The translations under genes and the position numbers were made by a program. A model generated the notes under the pieces. The model was not told the DNA's origin, did not search any database, and saw only the letters and a program-made list of their open reading frames with translations. DNA of 63,853 bases, filler included, from Octopus bimaculoides (lineage: Eukaryota), in NCBI RefSeq assembly GCF_001194135.2. It is 6 parts of 5 records of this genome, joined end to end, with 100 filler letters (N's around TTAATTAATTAA, not from the genome) between each part and the next. Parts side by side here need not be neighbours in the genome. Positions count along the whole stretch, not along the records: positions 15,414 to 38,399 come from NC_069005.1; 5 more parts are not named here. One strand, given 5' to 3'. Of the stretch, positions 22,667 to 36,510 are shown piece by piece (the stretch's first letter is position 1; the number at the start of each line of letters is the position of its first letter).

Positions 22667-22769
22667 TATATATATATTCATGTACATATAACGAGGATAG
22701 GCTTGAGTGCTAACTGAGAGTCTTCAGAAAGTCTGCTTATCAGACTAGCATTTGTTAAATAAAGCTCAT

Positions 22770-23700
22770 ATTCTTAGAAATATCGGTTATTTTCACTGCC
22801 AGTATTTTGTTGGTAATCGTTGTTTTTATATTTTTGTACGCAAACAGTTCCTCCATTTCTTTCAGCGATACATTATCGTCTGCTTGGAATATAACTTTGA
22901 TTATGAAGTACTTCCTTTTCCGGTAGTCTACGAATCCTTAATCTCTCAGTCTGTGTGGATTGGTATATCCTAGAATGTGGACACTCCACCCAGCTCTGAA
23001 ACCTCTTATTTTCTCCGCTTATGCCAACACTTTGCCACTTTCTTCACGATATTCTACAACACTTGCACACCTGTAAATATATTCTTTCTTCTCTAAGAAT
23101 AAACAACCACAGTTAATGGGGTTAATTGCTTCTGCGCCACCTCCATGTAGTCTGCAATTACCGAACGTTATTTGATTATAGTCTTTAGGTAATTTCAGTG
23201 TCGTAATAATAACAAAAAACATATCCTTCAGTTTCACTTTTTATTCTTGCACTTCTCAAGTCAGTGCTGCGATTTTTCTTTATCTATTTCCTGTGGTCTT
23301 GTATTATTATTATTATTTTTTTTTTTTTCAGGTAATTACCATGTGAAGACAGTCTTGCCATTATTTTGGCATGGCATTGTTTTCTTTTCTTTTTTTAGTC
23401 TTTCACCTTTTCTCTAGTTGTTTCCACTTTCTCTTAACAACTATCTATCATTTCAGTCTCGATTCTGTATTTGTTGGTTTCTTTGAATACAGTAATAATA
23501 TTATTTTGATTTGTTCGTAACTATTGGAATTCATTTTCTATTATTCTTTACTAAATATATTTTATAGTAGCTACCGTGGATATTTTAGAGTAGTGTTCTT
23601 ATAACAGAAGTACGCTTCCTCCTATATTCGTGGTAAATATAATATTTCTCAGCAAGGCTTTAGATAGTATACTGTAAATAGAGACAATCTTCCAGCAGTT
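22770..23700 (-). pseudogene. Degraded R4/Dong-like ORF (CCHC knuckle plus RLE domain)
   Basis: KSETEGYVF; NCRLHGGGAEAINPINCGCLFLEKKEYIYR; DIPIHTD*EIK; VDYRKRKYFIIKVIFQADDNVSLKEMEELFAYKNI; the part above 23245 is weaker. Confidence 0.75.
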
Positions 23701-23798
23701 TTTTTTTTTTCACATCTAGTATTGCTAATTCCCTTTGTCTTATAAGCTTAAAGGTTTATGAGTTTGCATCTTGGCTTGAGGACTAACGTCGGTTGCAC

Positions 23799-23799
<1 letters not shown>

Positions 23800-23887
<88 letters not shown>

Positions 23888-23892
23888 TTATT
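23800..23892. repeat. (ATT)n microsatellite (resumes at 24182-24283 after a gap)
   Basis: Direct reading. Confidence 0.98.
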
Positions 23893-23933
23893 TTATGTTT
23901 GACTTTTGCTTTCCATTTGTACAAGTTGGATCC
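23893..23933 (-). mobile_element. R4/Dong-like (TAA)n family 3' terminus, copy 2
   Basis: 39/41 identical to 1293-1333; abuts (ATT)n. Confidence 0.85.
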
Positions 23934-24181
23934 NNNNNNNNNNNNNNNNNNNNNNNNNNNNNNNNNNNNNNNNNNNNNNNNNNNNNNNNNNNNNNNNNNN
24001 NNNNNNNNNNNNNNNNNNNNNNNNNNNNNNNNNNNNNNNNNNNNNNNNNNNNNNNNNNNNNNNNNNNNNNNNNNNNNNNNNNNNNNNNNNNNNNNNNNNN
24101 NNNNNNNNNNNNNNNNNNNNNNNNNNNNNNNNNNNNNNNNNNNNNNNNNNNNNNNNNNNNNNNNNNNNNNNNNNNNNNNNN

Positions 24182-24260
<79 letters not shown>

Positions 24261-24299
24261 TTATCATTATTATCATTATTATTGGGGCTAGTTAAGGGT

Positions 24300-24750
24300 A
24301 TAAACGATGGTGGCTTAGGATTGAATCTAATCTTCGACGAAAACAGTCTGACTTGTCTCTTCCGAAGGACCTTCGGGTCGAAGATCATTGGCAATTTCTA
24401 AAAGTCTTTGGCGTAGCAGTGCTACACAGGAGCATTGTCTGTTCGAGACAAGCTCTTCACGCATGAATAGAAGAGCCAACAGCAGAACCTGCCCGAAATG
24501 CTTTCAAGGGGAAGAAACCGTCCTGCATGAAATAATTCAGTATCCGTGCATTAGAAAGCTGTGGGATTGTGTGGAGCTGCTGTTGTCGCGTGTAAGACGA
24601 ATTCAACTGCCTGCCGATTGTATAGTGAAGACTGTCGCACCACCTTTCCTTAGCAGAGAAGGAAGGCAAGTCTTTCTCTGTTTAGTGGATGTGGCAAAAG
24701 AGGCTGCGTGGTGGACCTGTCTGAAAGGTTTGAAGACAAGCACACTCTCC
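24300..24750 (+). pseudogene. L1/Tx1-clade LINE ORF2 C-terminal (zf-RVT) fragment
   Basis: LTCLFRRTFG..NF*KSL / A*QCYTGALSVRDKLF; RTCPKCFQGEETVLHEIIQYPCIRKLW (C-x2-C..ET..H...C..W); VAKEAAWWT. Confidence 0.8.
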
Positions 24751-25029
24751 CCAGACACAACAAAATATGCTTTAACACACGAACTCGCATCAAGAATCTT
24801 GCAGACCAAATACGAAGCGAAATATACATATATACGTACGTACGTACATAGATAGATACATACATACAAACACACACACATCCATACATACTTACATACA
24901 TACATACATACAAGCAAACATACATACATACATACATACACACACATACATACATACATACATACATACATACATACATACATACATACACACATACATA
25001 CATACATACATACATACATACATACATAC

Positions 25030-25425
25030 TACCTAAATACCAGTCTTGAGAAATTAGGCTTCTCAAAGCCAGAAAAGAGACAGCTGATTCGAAGACTACA
25101 GATCCAATCTATCACTGGAACTGCACAAATCTGTAAAATTTTCCTGAATTTTATCATTTAAATATACATGAGCATGTCTAGATATGCAATTATATGCATG
25201 TGAATATATACATAAATTATACAAATCTGCACATAGACACATACATACATACATGCATGCATGCGTGCATCTATGCATACATACATACATACATACATAC
25301 AAACAGATAGAGCGACAAAAATACCCTGTTGATGTTGAAATTCCAACGAAGGTGCCTTGAGTCTAGGTTAGAAACCGGTTCTTTTTCTATTGCCGAGAAA
25401 TCTTGAAATAAACTGAATAATAATG
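25030..25425 (+). mobile_element. R4/Dong-like (CATA)n family, copy 5
   Basis: LNTSLEKLGFSKPEKRQLIRRLQIQSITGTAQICKIFLNFII*; same 3'UTR; long (CATA)n upstream and TACATAC downstream. Confidence 0.87.
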
Positions 25426-25781
25426 TACATACATTAAATGAACGTAACATTGTTCATTGGGTTCTCCTTACCCAACCGAAGTTATAAGATTTTGCATTAG
25501 CAGATGAAGAGTATCGCCTATGACATTAGGTTCCTAGTATCTTAACGATGATAGAAATTACCAATGCTATGTCTTAGAAAAGAATAAATAACGACGAATA
25601 GAAACAAAAGTTTCCTTGCATTTCTGGATGTTTATCGCGTCCTTTACATTGCAATAGGGGAAATATATTGCCTTAATTAAATTTGGACGATTTATATAAG
25701 GTGTTGCGCAATTATTATCTGCCTGTGGGCATATATAGATAGATCAACAGATAGATAGATCGATAAATAGATGAGAATATA

Positions 25782-25820
<39 letters not shown>

Positions 25821-26271
25821 NNNNNNNNNNNNNNNNNNNNNNNNNNNNNNNNNNNNNNNNNNNNNNNNNNNNNNNNNNNNNNNNNNNNNNNNNNNNNNNN
25901 NNNNNNNNNNNNNNNNNNNNNNNNNNNNNNNNNNNNNNNNNNNNNNNNNNNNNNNNNNNNNNNNNNNNNNNNNNNNNNNNNNNNNNNNNNNNNNNNNNNN
26001 NNNNNNNNNNNNNNNNNNNNNNNNNNNNNNNNNNNNNNNNNNNNNNNNNNNNNNNNNNNNNNNNNNNNNNNNNNNNNNNNNNNNNNNNNNNNNNNNNNNN
26101 NNNNNNNNNNNNNNNNNNNNNNNNNNNNNNNNNNNNNNNNNNNNNNNNNNNNNNNNNNNNNNNNNNNNNNNNNNNNNNNNNNNNNNNNNNNNNNNNNNNN
26201 NNNNNNNNNNNNNNNNNNNNNNNNNNNNNNNNNNNNNNNNNNNNNNNNNNNNNNNNNNNNNNNNNNNNNNN

Positions 26272-26337
<66 letters not shown>

Positions 26338-27605
26338 AATATATATGTATATATATCCGCATCTGAATGGATGTCTCCATGTATCATGTTTGTATGTACG
26401 TACGCATGTTCGTCCGTATCCGTGTATCAATATTTCACTATCAATTATCCACGAGTTCGATCCCAACACCACCCGTCATATCAACACGGACAGACCAAAT
26501 TGTCGAAGGCTATTGGACGGAGGGAATGTATCTATTATTAAACAAGGCCGACATCTAAAATATCTTTTTTGCTGCCTATGGAATACTCAGCCACTGACTA
26601 TTCCACAGTATAACTAAAGCTGCGGGTGATTCAATTTATCGAACAACTCAAAGACTCCTCGTCTAAACTGACGGAGGTCCTTTGCGTGTTGGTGTGTTTG
26701 CCATGTATTTCTATTAGCTATATGTTTAATACAAGAGAGGAGTTTATTTATTAGATGTACCACGGACATTATGTTAAGTTTAGCAATATTCATCGCCTTG
26801 CATCACACTATATATTACAGAATCCAGCTTATATTGCTTTGTCAGGATTACTTTAGGCTGCTTATATCAATCTATGTATGTGTGTGTGTGCGTGTGCGTG
26901 TAAGTAACGTAATATAAGTAACGTAATATATGTATGTATATATATATGTGTGTTCAAATATAAATATACATTGGGAAATAAACATATAAACATACATCCA
27001 CAATAATATATGCTAATTGTACGTTAAAAGATATTCACACTCACACCCATACATATACTAATGCGTGTGTATATACACAGATATCCATATATACATACAT
27101 ATGTATATATATATTAATATATATATATATATATATATANNNNNNNNNNNNNNNNNNNNNNNNNNNNNNNNNNNNNNNNNNNNNNNNNNNNNNNNNNNNN
27201 NNNNNNNNNNNNNNNNNNNNNNNNNNNNNNNNNNNNNNNNNNNNNNNNNNNNNNNNNNNNNNNNNNNNNNNNNNNNNNNNNNNNNNNNNNNNNNNNNNNN
27301 NNNNNNNNNNNNNNNNNNNNNNNNNNNNNNNNNNNNNNNNNNNNNNNNNNNNNNNNNNNNNNNNNNNNNNNNNNNNNNNNNNNNNNNNNNNNNNNNNNNN
27401 NNNNNNNNNNNNNNNNNNNNNNNNNNNNNNNNNNNNNNNNNNNNNNNNNNNNNNNNNNNNNNNNNNNNNNNNNNNNNNNNNNNNNNNNNNNNNNNNNNNN
27501 NNNNNNNNNNNNNNNNNNNNNNNNNNNNNNNNNNNNNNNNNNNNNNNNNNNNNNNNNNNNNNNNNNNNNNNNNNNNNNNNNNNNNNNNNNNNNNNNNNNN
27601 NNNNN

Positions 27606-27636
<31 letters not shown>

Positions 27637-28412
27637 CATACATCCATATGTTCATAGTCATACCACATACATACATACCAACATACATACATACCAACAT
27701 ACATACATACCAACATACATACATCACAGTTTACTAAATTTGTTACCTTAATCTCATCCACCATATTACGCCATATCTCATCCTTTCGCCGTACCATTGT
27801 CTTACATTTGTCTGTTTTCTTTATTTATGATACTTTGCTTTGGATTAACAATTTTATTTCCGTTGTTATATGTTACGTTCCTCAAAGTTTAATTCTTGGC
27901 AACATAACTTCACACATAGATATGTCTGTGTGACTAAAAGACTGGCTTTGCATCCATCTGGTTCCGGTTCCATTCCCTCTTCGCGACATCTTGTGCAAGT
28001 GTCTTTTACTATTGCCACATTCGGACTAATTAATGCCCTGGGAGTAAAAGAAATAAGCGCAAACTTTATATGTCGTGTCTGTATGTGTGTGTGTGTGTAT
28101 GTGTTTCCTTATGAATTACCTAATCACAGCTTGTCAACTGGTGATGGTTTGTTTATGTTCGTGTAATTTAACAGCCCGAGAGAGAATACATATCAGAAAA
28201 TAGTGATAAGTGCATTTAGTTTTAACGCATTGGTACACGCAGAAGTGTGAATGTCATCTGATACAGGATTTTGTATCGGAGCTTTGTATGTGTAAAATCA
28301 ATGCATAAAGTCAGTGCACTACAAGACTCAGTGTTTCGGTATGTTTTCGCCTCCTCCGCAATAGATACTGACTCGGTCATTTGGAGTTAGACAGGAAATT
28401 CCTTCTTATATA

Positions 28413-28539
28413 CAGGGTGTCCACAAAGTCTGGGTACATGGGGATTAACACATACTTTAAGAAATTATTATTTCTTATATTTAATTGTTTATGTTATGAT
28501 TTTATTTACTCCATGTACCCAGACTTTGTGGACACCCTG
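28413..28539. mobile_element. Tc1/mariner-type MITE, 127 bp
   Basis: Perfect 29 bp TIRs CAGGGTGTCCACAAAGTCTGGGTACATGG, flanked by TA on both sides. Confidence 0.93.
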
Positions 28540-28725
28540 TAGAATAGAGAAAAATATCTGCTCGAGTGTGCTGAGCCTTGCCAAACAGTAAAGATACACG
28601 AAGCAGCAAGTGCAAAACAGTAACGTACACATTATTTGTGAAACTTAACTGCACATTAGATTTTGAATATTATTCGCTGAAGGCTTTTACTTCGGAGAAC
28701 ATTTTTCTCTCCGTGGACTGTTATT

Positions 28726-28940
28726 GTAAAATATACGAAGCCCAGTATAACCATCATGACTACGCGTTTGATAAGGGTACACCAGGCACATGCATTACAA
28801 CCATATGTGAGCGACATGGTGATCTCATATCAAGAAAAACAGTGCATGACCTTGCAGGTGGGGCCCAGGTCGAGTAGCCCGCTCAAAAGGTCCCTTATTA
28901 AGGGTTGTTAAGGATTTTGAACGGAATACCCATGGATGGG
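28726..28940. repeat. Second, inverted copy of the 19-538 repeat
   Basis: Shares CCATCATGACTAC, CCAGGCACATGCA, GCGACATGGT and CAGGTCGAGTAGCCC blocks. Confidence 0.75.
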
Positions 28941-29161
28941 ACGCCAGTGTGTTGCAGGTGAGCTGCTAGATGCAGGAGGAAAGAGCGAGAGAAAGTTGTG
29001 GCGAAAGAGTCAGCAGAGTTTCACCATCACCTTCTGCCGGAGCCGCGTGGAGCTTAGGTGTTTCGCTCATAAACACACGAATATCGTCCTGTCTCAGATT
29101 CGAACCTGCGATTTCGCGACCACGAGTCCGTATTGCTCTAACCACTAGGCCATGTGCCTTC
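28936..29161 (-). mobile_element. SINE family D head with tail type 3 remnant
   Basis: Head homologous to 63541-63720; tail piece GGATGGGACGC shared with 48115-48350. Confidence 0.75.
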
Positions 29162-29199
<38 letters not shown>

Positions 29200-29880
29200 A
29201 TTTGTGTGTGTGTGTGTGTGTATGTGTGTGAATGATATATTCTGATATCAATAATAGCAAATGTGTCTGCCTGATGGAAATCAATAATACGGGGTGGGAG
29301 TTCTGCAATCTAAGTATATTGAATATATATAAATACCCATGGAGTCGAGTCTACCCACATAAAGAGAATAACGTGTTGAAAATCTCCCTGCGTTACCTAT
29401 GAGGATTTTCAGATTTTTTCAACTTCCCTACAGGGAGTTTCTGTTTGCTAATTACTTGAATAATCTGAATACATTACAATTTTTCAACTCATTATATTAG
29501 GTTTATTGGAGTTTATTCTTTATTTGTATCAACAATGCAGAACAATCCCTTGAGGCGACGTTTACCTGGTGATATTGATAGATTTTCGCCTGAGTTTGTT
29601 TTTCTTTGTGTATGTGTGTATGCACGCGCGCGCGTGTGTGTGCGCGTGCTCGCGTTTCGGAATAGATATGTGTCTACGTTTCTTTGCGTCCGAGTTGGTG
29701 ACTGTCTTCGCAGTACCGAGATATTATCTACCCAGCTCCGAGGTGTGTTTTTAGTAAATAATGGAAAACAAAATATCCTGAAGCAGGAAAATAAAATATC
29801 TTCTACATATGTATACTTCTACATATATATATGTGTGTGTATGTGAGTGTGTGTGTGTGTCTATACACATACATTTATAC

Positions 29881-29915
<35 letters not shown>

Positions 29916-32234
29916 CATATATATATNNNNNNNNNNNNNNNNNNNNNNNNNNNNNNNNNNNNNNNNNNNNNNNNNNNNNNNNNNNNNNNNNNNNNNNNNN
30001 NNNNNNNNNNNNNNNNNNNNNNNNNNNNNNNNNNNNNNNNNNNNNNNNNNNNNNNNNNNNNNNNNNNNNNNNNNNNNNNNNNNNNNNNNNNNNNNNNNNN
30101 NNNNNNNNNNNNNNNNNNNNNNNNNNNNNNNNNNNNNNNNNNNNNNNNNNNNNNNNNNNNNNNNNNNNNNNNNNNNNNNNNNNNNNNNNNNNNNNNNNNN
30201 NNNNNNNNNNNNNNNNNNNNNNNNNNNNNNNNNNNNNNNNNNNNNNNNNNNNNNNNNNNNNNNNNNNNNNNNNNNNNNNNNNNNNNNNNNNNNNNNNNNN
30301 NNNNNNNNNNNNNNNNNNNNNNNNNNNNNNNNNNNNNNNNNNNNNNNNNNNNNNNNNNNNNNNNNNNNNNNNNNNNNNNNNNNNNNNNNNNNNNNNNNNN
30401 NNNNNNNNNNNNNNNNNNNNNNNNNNNNNNNNNNNNNNNNNNNNNNNNNNNNNNNNNNNNNNNNNNNNNNNNNNNNNNNNNNNNNNNNNNNNNNNNNNNN
30501 NNNNNNNNNNNNNNNNNNNNNNNNNNNNNNNNNNNNNNNNNNNNNNNNNNNNNNNNNNNNNNNNNNNNNNNNNNNNNNNNNNNNNNNNNNNNNNNNNNNN
30601 NNNNNNNNNNNNNNNNNNNNNNNNNNNNNNNNNNNNNNNNNNNNNNNNNNNNNNNNNNNNNNNNNNNNNNNNNNNNNNNNNNNNNNNNNNNNNNNNNNNN
30701 NNNNNNNNNNNNNNNNNNNNNNNNNNNNNNNNNNNNNNNNNNNNNNNNNNNNNNNNNNNNNNNNNNNNNNNNNNNNNNNNNNNNNNNNNNNNNNNNNNNN
30801 NNNNNNNNNNNNNNNNNNNNNNNNNNNNNNNNNNNNNNNNNTATATATATATCTACGTATATGTCTGTGTGTCTGTTTACGTCACATAGTGGTTCGGCAA
30901 GAGAAACCGATAGAATAAGTACTAGGCTTATAAAGAATAAATCCTGGGGTCGATTTGCTCGACTAAAAGCGAAGCTCCAGCATGGCCGCAGTCAAATGAC
31001 TGAAACAAATAAAAGAATAAGCCGAGGCCATGAAAGTCAAAGGCGACCTCGACAGAATTTGAACTCAGAACGTATAAATAAGAAAAAGTGTCGCTAAAGC
31101 ATTTTTAGCCGGGATGGTAACGATTGTGCTAGCTTACCGAATTATTTCCGTTTAGAATAATAGAAGGAAAACACGAAAAGAAAATATAAGAATTATATCA
31201 ATTAAATGAATGTCTTCGATAAAATTTATTTCGTTTGAAGGTCAGAATGGAGGTCACTGAGAAGAATGTGGTTATAACAAGAGGCTTAGTATTCGGCAGA
31301 GATATTATTTCCAAAATTTAGTTGTTCGTCACGTGATGAAATTCGGTTTGTGCACGCTTGTATATGTGAGCATGTCTGTCTCTCTTCACTATAGAAATAT
31401 CTTGCTAAAAATAGAGCGTTCTTGAAAATATAGCTTGTATTTGAGGATTTATAAGAAAAGAATGGAAAAGGTAAAATAAAAACGAAATTATACTGAAGCT
31501 TCGGTCAAAGGGATTTTTCTTTTTCTTTCATTTCTGTTTGAAGGTTAAATTGGAGTCATTGACCGGAGTATCATTTTGTTATTATGTGTGAAGTATTGTC
31601 TGGCCTGTTGAGTATTTCTATGTTTAGGTCACTAAGGACGTTTGAGAGGCTAGAAGCGGGTTATAGGGTGCTAAACTAAAAAAAAAAAAACAACTTTGAT
31701 GGGGAACTAACGATACACACACACATAAGCACATAAGCTCACACATGTTGTACACACAAACACACACACTGGCATACATAGCCACACAGAAACTCGCTCG
31801 AATACACGCACACACACACAAATATTATACACACACAGAATGAGAGAGAGACTAGCAAGCAATTTGCTTTCACAAGCAGCAGCATAGGAACGCTCTGCAA
31901 ACTCGACGCCAGTATTGGGGAGGGGAGAGTTACGAGCCTTAATCAAAAGGGTATGCCCCCCAGTTTGGGGACTTCCACTTGACAGTCTTCAAAAGCACCG
32001 GTCCCCGCCTACAGGCGCTTGTGGGATACACCTCCGATTTGAACAATTGAATAACATCCGATCTTATGTTCTTTATGTCCGTATCAGCATTACCTTGGGC
32101 AAGTATTTTCTGCTATAGCGTCGGGCCTTGTCAGTGGATTTGAGAGACAGAAACTGAAAGAAGCCCGTCGTCTGTATGTGTGCGTGCGTGTGTGTGTGTG
32201 TGTATGTGTGTGTGTGCGTGTGTGTGTGTGTGTG

Positions 32235-32271
<37 letters not shown>

Positions 32272-34574
32272 ACAATAATTATTACAAATTAAAAGGGTAA
32301 AGGATTATCAATTTATTAATTAATAAATCAATTAATAATTAATAATTTTTACCAAGCCCATCGGTATGAAAGCACNNNNNNNNNNNNNNNNNNNNNNNNN
32401 NNNNNNNNNNNNNNNNNNNNNNNNNNNNNNNNNNNNNNNNNNNNNNNNNNNNNNNNNNNNNNNNNNNNNNNNNNNNNNNNNNNNNNNNNNNNNNNNNNNN
32501 NNNNNNNNNNNNNNNNNNNNNNNNNNNNNNNNNNNNNNNNNNNNNNNNNNNNNNNNNNNNNNNNNNNNNNNNNNNNNNNNNNNNNNNNNNNNNNNNNNNN
32601 NNNNNNNNNNNNNNNNNNNNNNNNNNNNNNNNNNNNNNNNNNNNNNNNNNNNNNNNNNNNNNNNNNNNNNNNNNNNNNNNNNNNNNNNNNNNNNNNNNNN
32701 NNNNNNNNNNNNNNNNNNNNNNNNNNNNNNNNNNNNNNNNNNNNNNNNNNNNNNNNNNNNNNNNNNNNNNNNNNNNNNNNNNNNNNNNNNNNNNNNNNNN
32801 NNNNNNNNNNNNNNNNNNNNNNNNNNNNNNNNNNNNNNNNNNNNNNNNNNNNNNNNNNNNNNNNNNNNNNNNNNNNNNNNNNNNNNNNNNNNNNNNNNNN
32901 NNNNNNNNNNNNNNNNNNNNNNNNNNNNNNNNNNNNNNNNNNNNNNNNNNNNNNNNNNNNNNNNNNNNNNNNNNNNNNNNNNNNNNNNNNNNNNNNNNNN
33001 NNNNNNNNNNNNNNNNNNNNNNNNNNNNNNNNNNNNNNNNNNNNNNNNNNNNNNNNNNNNNNNNNNNNNNNNNNNNNNNNNNNNNNNNNNNNNNNNNNNN
33101 NNNNNNNNNNNNNNNNNNNNNNNNNNNNNNNNNNNNNNNNNNNNNNNNNNNNNNNNNNNNNNNNNNNNNNNNNNNNNNNNNNNNNNNNNNNNNNNNNNNN
33201 NNNNNNNNNNNNNNNNNNNNNNNNNNNNNNNNNNNNNNNNNNNNNNNNNNNNNNNNNNNNNNNNNNNNNNNNNNNNNNNNNNNNNNNNNNNNNNNNNNNN
33301 NNNNNNNNNNNNNNNNNNNNNNNNNNNNNNNNNNNNNNNNNNNNNNNNNNNNNNNNNNNNNNNNNNNNNNNNNNATATATATATATATATATATACATAC
33401 ATATATATACACACGCACACATATATATACATGTACATAAGTATTCATATATGTATATATTTAGTTACATATATTGCATGCATGTGTATACACACACACA
33501 CACACACACACAGACATATGTACATGTACGCTTGCGTTTCTGAGTGTCAGTTGGGGATTTTAATAAAAACCTCAGTAATTGCTATAATGTTACTAGTGAT
33601 AATAGGAGAGTGTACTGATGAATACATACATGCACCAATATACCTATCCAATTTAAGATCTATAAATACATAGATTGTATAGATACTTGGAAATCGTGAT
33701 TATATGCATGTTTAACGAGGCATGGGTGTGTATCTGCTTAAAAACAAACACACTCATGCACACTAACATACATACATAGTACACACACACACATATATAT
33801 AAATACATATAACACATATAGACCAAAACATACATACTACCATAAATATATATATATACATATGCCTTGTCGATTATTTCAAATGGTCGAATACATTTGG
33901 AATCGNNNNNNNNNNNNNNNNNNNNNNNNNNNNNNNNNNNNNNNNNNNNNNNNNNNNNNNNNNNNNNNNNNNNNNNNNNNNNNNNNNNNNNNNNNNNNNN
34001 NNNNNNNNNNNNNNNNNNNNNNNNNNNNNNNNNNNNNNNNNNNNNNNNNNNNNNNNNNNNNNNNNNNNNNNNNNNNNNNNNNNNNNNNNNNNNNNNNNNN
34101 NNNNNNNNNNNNNNNNNNNNNNNNNNNNNNNNNNNNNNNNNNNNNNNNNNNNNNNNNNNNNNNNNNNNNNNNNNNNNNNNNNNNNNNNNNNNNNNNNNNN
34201 NNNNNNNNNNNNNNNNNNNNNNNNNNNNNNNNNNNNNNNNNNNNNNNNNNNNNNNNNNNNNNNNNNNNNNNNNNNNNNNNNNNNNNNNNNNNNNNNNNNN
34301 NNNNNNNNNNNNNNNNNNNNNNNNNNNNNNNNNNNNNNNNNNNNNNNNNNNNNNNNNNNNNNNNNNNNNNNNNNNNNNNNNNNNNNNNNNNNNNNNNNNN
34401 NNNNNNNNNNNNNNNNNNNNNNNNNNNNNNNNNNNNNNNNNNNNNNNNNNNNNNNNNNNNNACACTCATGCACACTAACATACATACATAGTACACACAC
34501 ACACATATATATAAATACATATAACACATATAGACCAAAACATACATACTACCATAAATATATATATATACATA

Positions 34575-35088
34575 TGCCTTGTCGATTATTTCAAATGGTC
34601 GAATACATTTGGAATCGAAACACCAAACCTTGCCGCAAATCCACGCGTAGTTTGAGATGTATCCGCTTCTGCTACAGATGTATCCAGCTTATCATTATCC
34701 ACCTTGGTCTCAAATCTACCGTGGTTGATTTTCAAGTGTAAAGTCACCAGACCGGAACTTCTCAAACCATTGACGTGCAGTGCGCTCATTCGCCACATCT
34801 TTATCAAACACCGCATCGATGTTTCGATCTGTCTGGGATGCATTGGTTCCACGACGGAATTCATATTCATAATTTATACGAATTTCTGATCTGTCCATGG
34901 TTTCGCAAATATTGATTTACAAGAGAAAACTCACAATATAATCAGACACCATGAATATATTGCGAAAGGTGATGATGTAATTCTTCAATGTTGTAAAACA
35001 AGAAATTGTCAGGATAAAACATTAGAATTAACAACGGTCAAACTTGGTGAATAAGAAAATCGGACACTTCATTCTTAATGATCTGATA
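34575..35088 (-). pseudogene. Mariner left TIR plus transposase N-terminus
   Basis: MDRSEIRINYEYEFRRGTNASQTDRNIDAVFDKDVANERTARQWFEKFRSGDFTLENQPR*GRFETKVDNDKL..EADTSQTTRGFAARFGVS (HTH_48-like, WF.KFRSGDF.LE); TIR near 35060-35088 followed by TA. Confidence 0.92.
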
Positions 35089-35209
35089 TATACAAAAACG
35101 CGTGTATTTCTTGAAGTCCATATATAGTGGATATGTATAAATATACATATGCATGTATGCATGTGTATATACATATATTTACACACCCACATGCATATAT
35201 ACATATATA

Positions 35210-35342
35210 CGACGGGCTTCTTTCAGTTTCCGTCTACCAAACCCACTCACAAGGCTTTAGTCGGCCCGAGGGTATACTAATAGACACATGCGTAAGGTGA
35301 CACGCAGTGGGAATGAACCCGGAACCACATAGCCACTCCCGC
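35210..35342 (-). mobile_element. SINE family C 5' half
   Basis: GACGGGCTTCTTTCAGTTTCCGTCTACCAAA block. Confidence 0.8.
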
Positions 35343-35404
35343 ACATAAATATACATATATATATGTATATATATATGCATGATATATATACATACATACA
35401 TACG

Positions 35405-35436
<32 letters not shown>

Positions 35437-35901
35437 NNNNNNNNNNNNNNNNNNNNNNNNNNNNNNNNNNNNNNNNNNNNNNNNNNNNNNNNNNNNNNNN
35501 NNNNNNNNNNNNNNNNNNNNNNNNNNNNNNNNNNNNNNNNNNNNNNNNNNNNNNNNNNNNNNNNNNNNNNNNNNNNNNNNNNNNNNNNNNNNNNNNNNNN
35601 NNNNNNNNNNNNNNNNNNNNNNNNNNNNNNNNNNNNNNNNNNNNNNNNNNNNNNNNNNNNNNNNNNNNNNNNNNNNNNNNNNNNNNNNNNNNNNNNNNNN
35701 NNNNNNNNNNNNNNNNNNNNNNNNNNNNNNNNNNNNNNNNNNNNNNNNNNNNNNNNNNNNNNNNNNNNNNNNNNNNNNNNNNNNNNNNNNNNNNNNNNNN
35801 NNNNNNNNNNNNNNNNNNNNNNNNNNNNNNNNNNNNNNNNNNNNNNNNNNNNNNNNNNNNNNNNNNNNNNNNNNNNNNNNNNNNNNNNNNNNNNNNNNNN
35901 N

Positions 35902-35933
<32 letters not shown>

Positions 35934-35945
35934 TATATATGTATG

Positions 35946-35976
<31 letters not shown>

Positions 35977-36060
35977 CACATATACACTTATGTACATGTC
36001 AAGTAAAATGTACGTCCGTAGATGCATACAGAGCGCGAAGTAGCAGGAACATGCAGGCAT

Positions 36061-36061
<1 letters not shown>

Positions 36062-36126
<65 letters not shown>
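36062..36126. repeat. (TAG)n microsatellite
   Basis: Direct reading. Confidence 0.98.
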
Positions 36127-36127
<1 letters not shown>

Positions 36128-36465
36128 CAATAGTAGCAGCAGCACCAGCAGTTTTTGTTTATCGCACAAATTTCGTTTTCCTCTTCAGAGCAGTGATAAT
36201 CGAAACACCAGGATACCAATAGGAGACATGACTTCCATATTTAAGCAACATATATCTCAACTAAAATTTAGATCGCTAATACAAAATCATGACAATAATA
36301 CATGTATAATATGTACACACTCACACACTCACACACACACACACACACACGCACGCACACACGCTAACATAGATATATATACATATATGTGTATGTATAT
36401 AAATAGCTTACACACAAATACACACGTAGTTACACGCGTATACATGTGTGTGTGTTAATAATATG

Positions 36466-36510
<45 letters not shown>

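Noticed and set aside
31868-31951. AG..GT-bounded GC-richer segment as a possible exon
   Set aside because: Poor acceptor, no recognisable peptide, and embedded among CA repeats.
33750-34617. Exact 156 bp direct repeat (33750-33905 and 34462-34617) on both sides of a 556-N gap
   Set aside because: Identity ends precisely at both gap edges; most likely unmerged overlapping contig ends. Long reads would settle it.
36150-36195. Minus-strand CTGAAGA..GAAA hammerhead-like words
   Set aside because: Helix II is only 1 bp and helix I cannot form.
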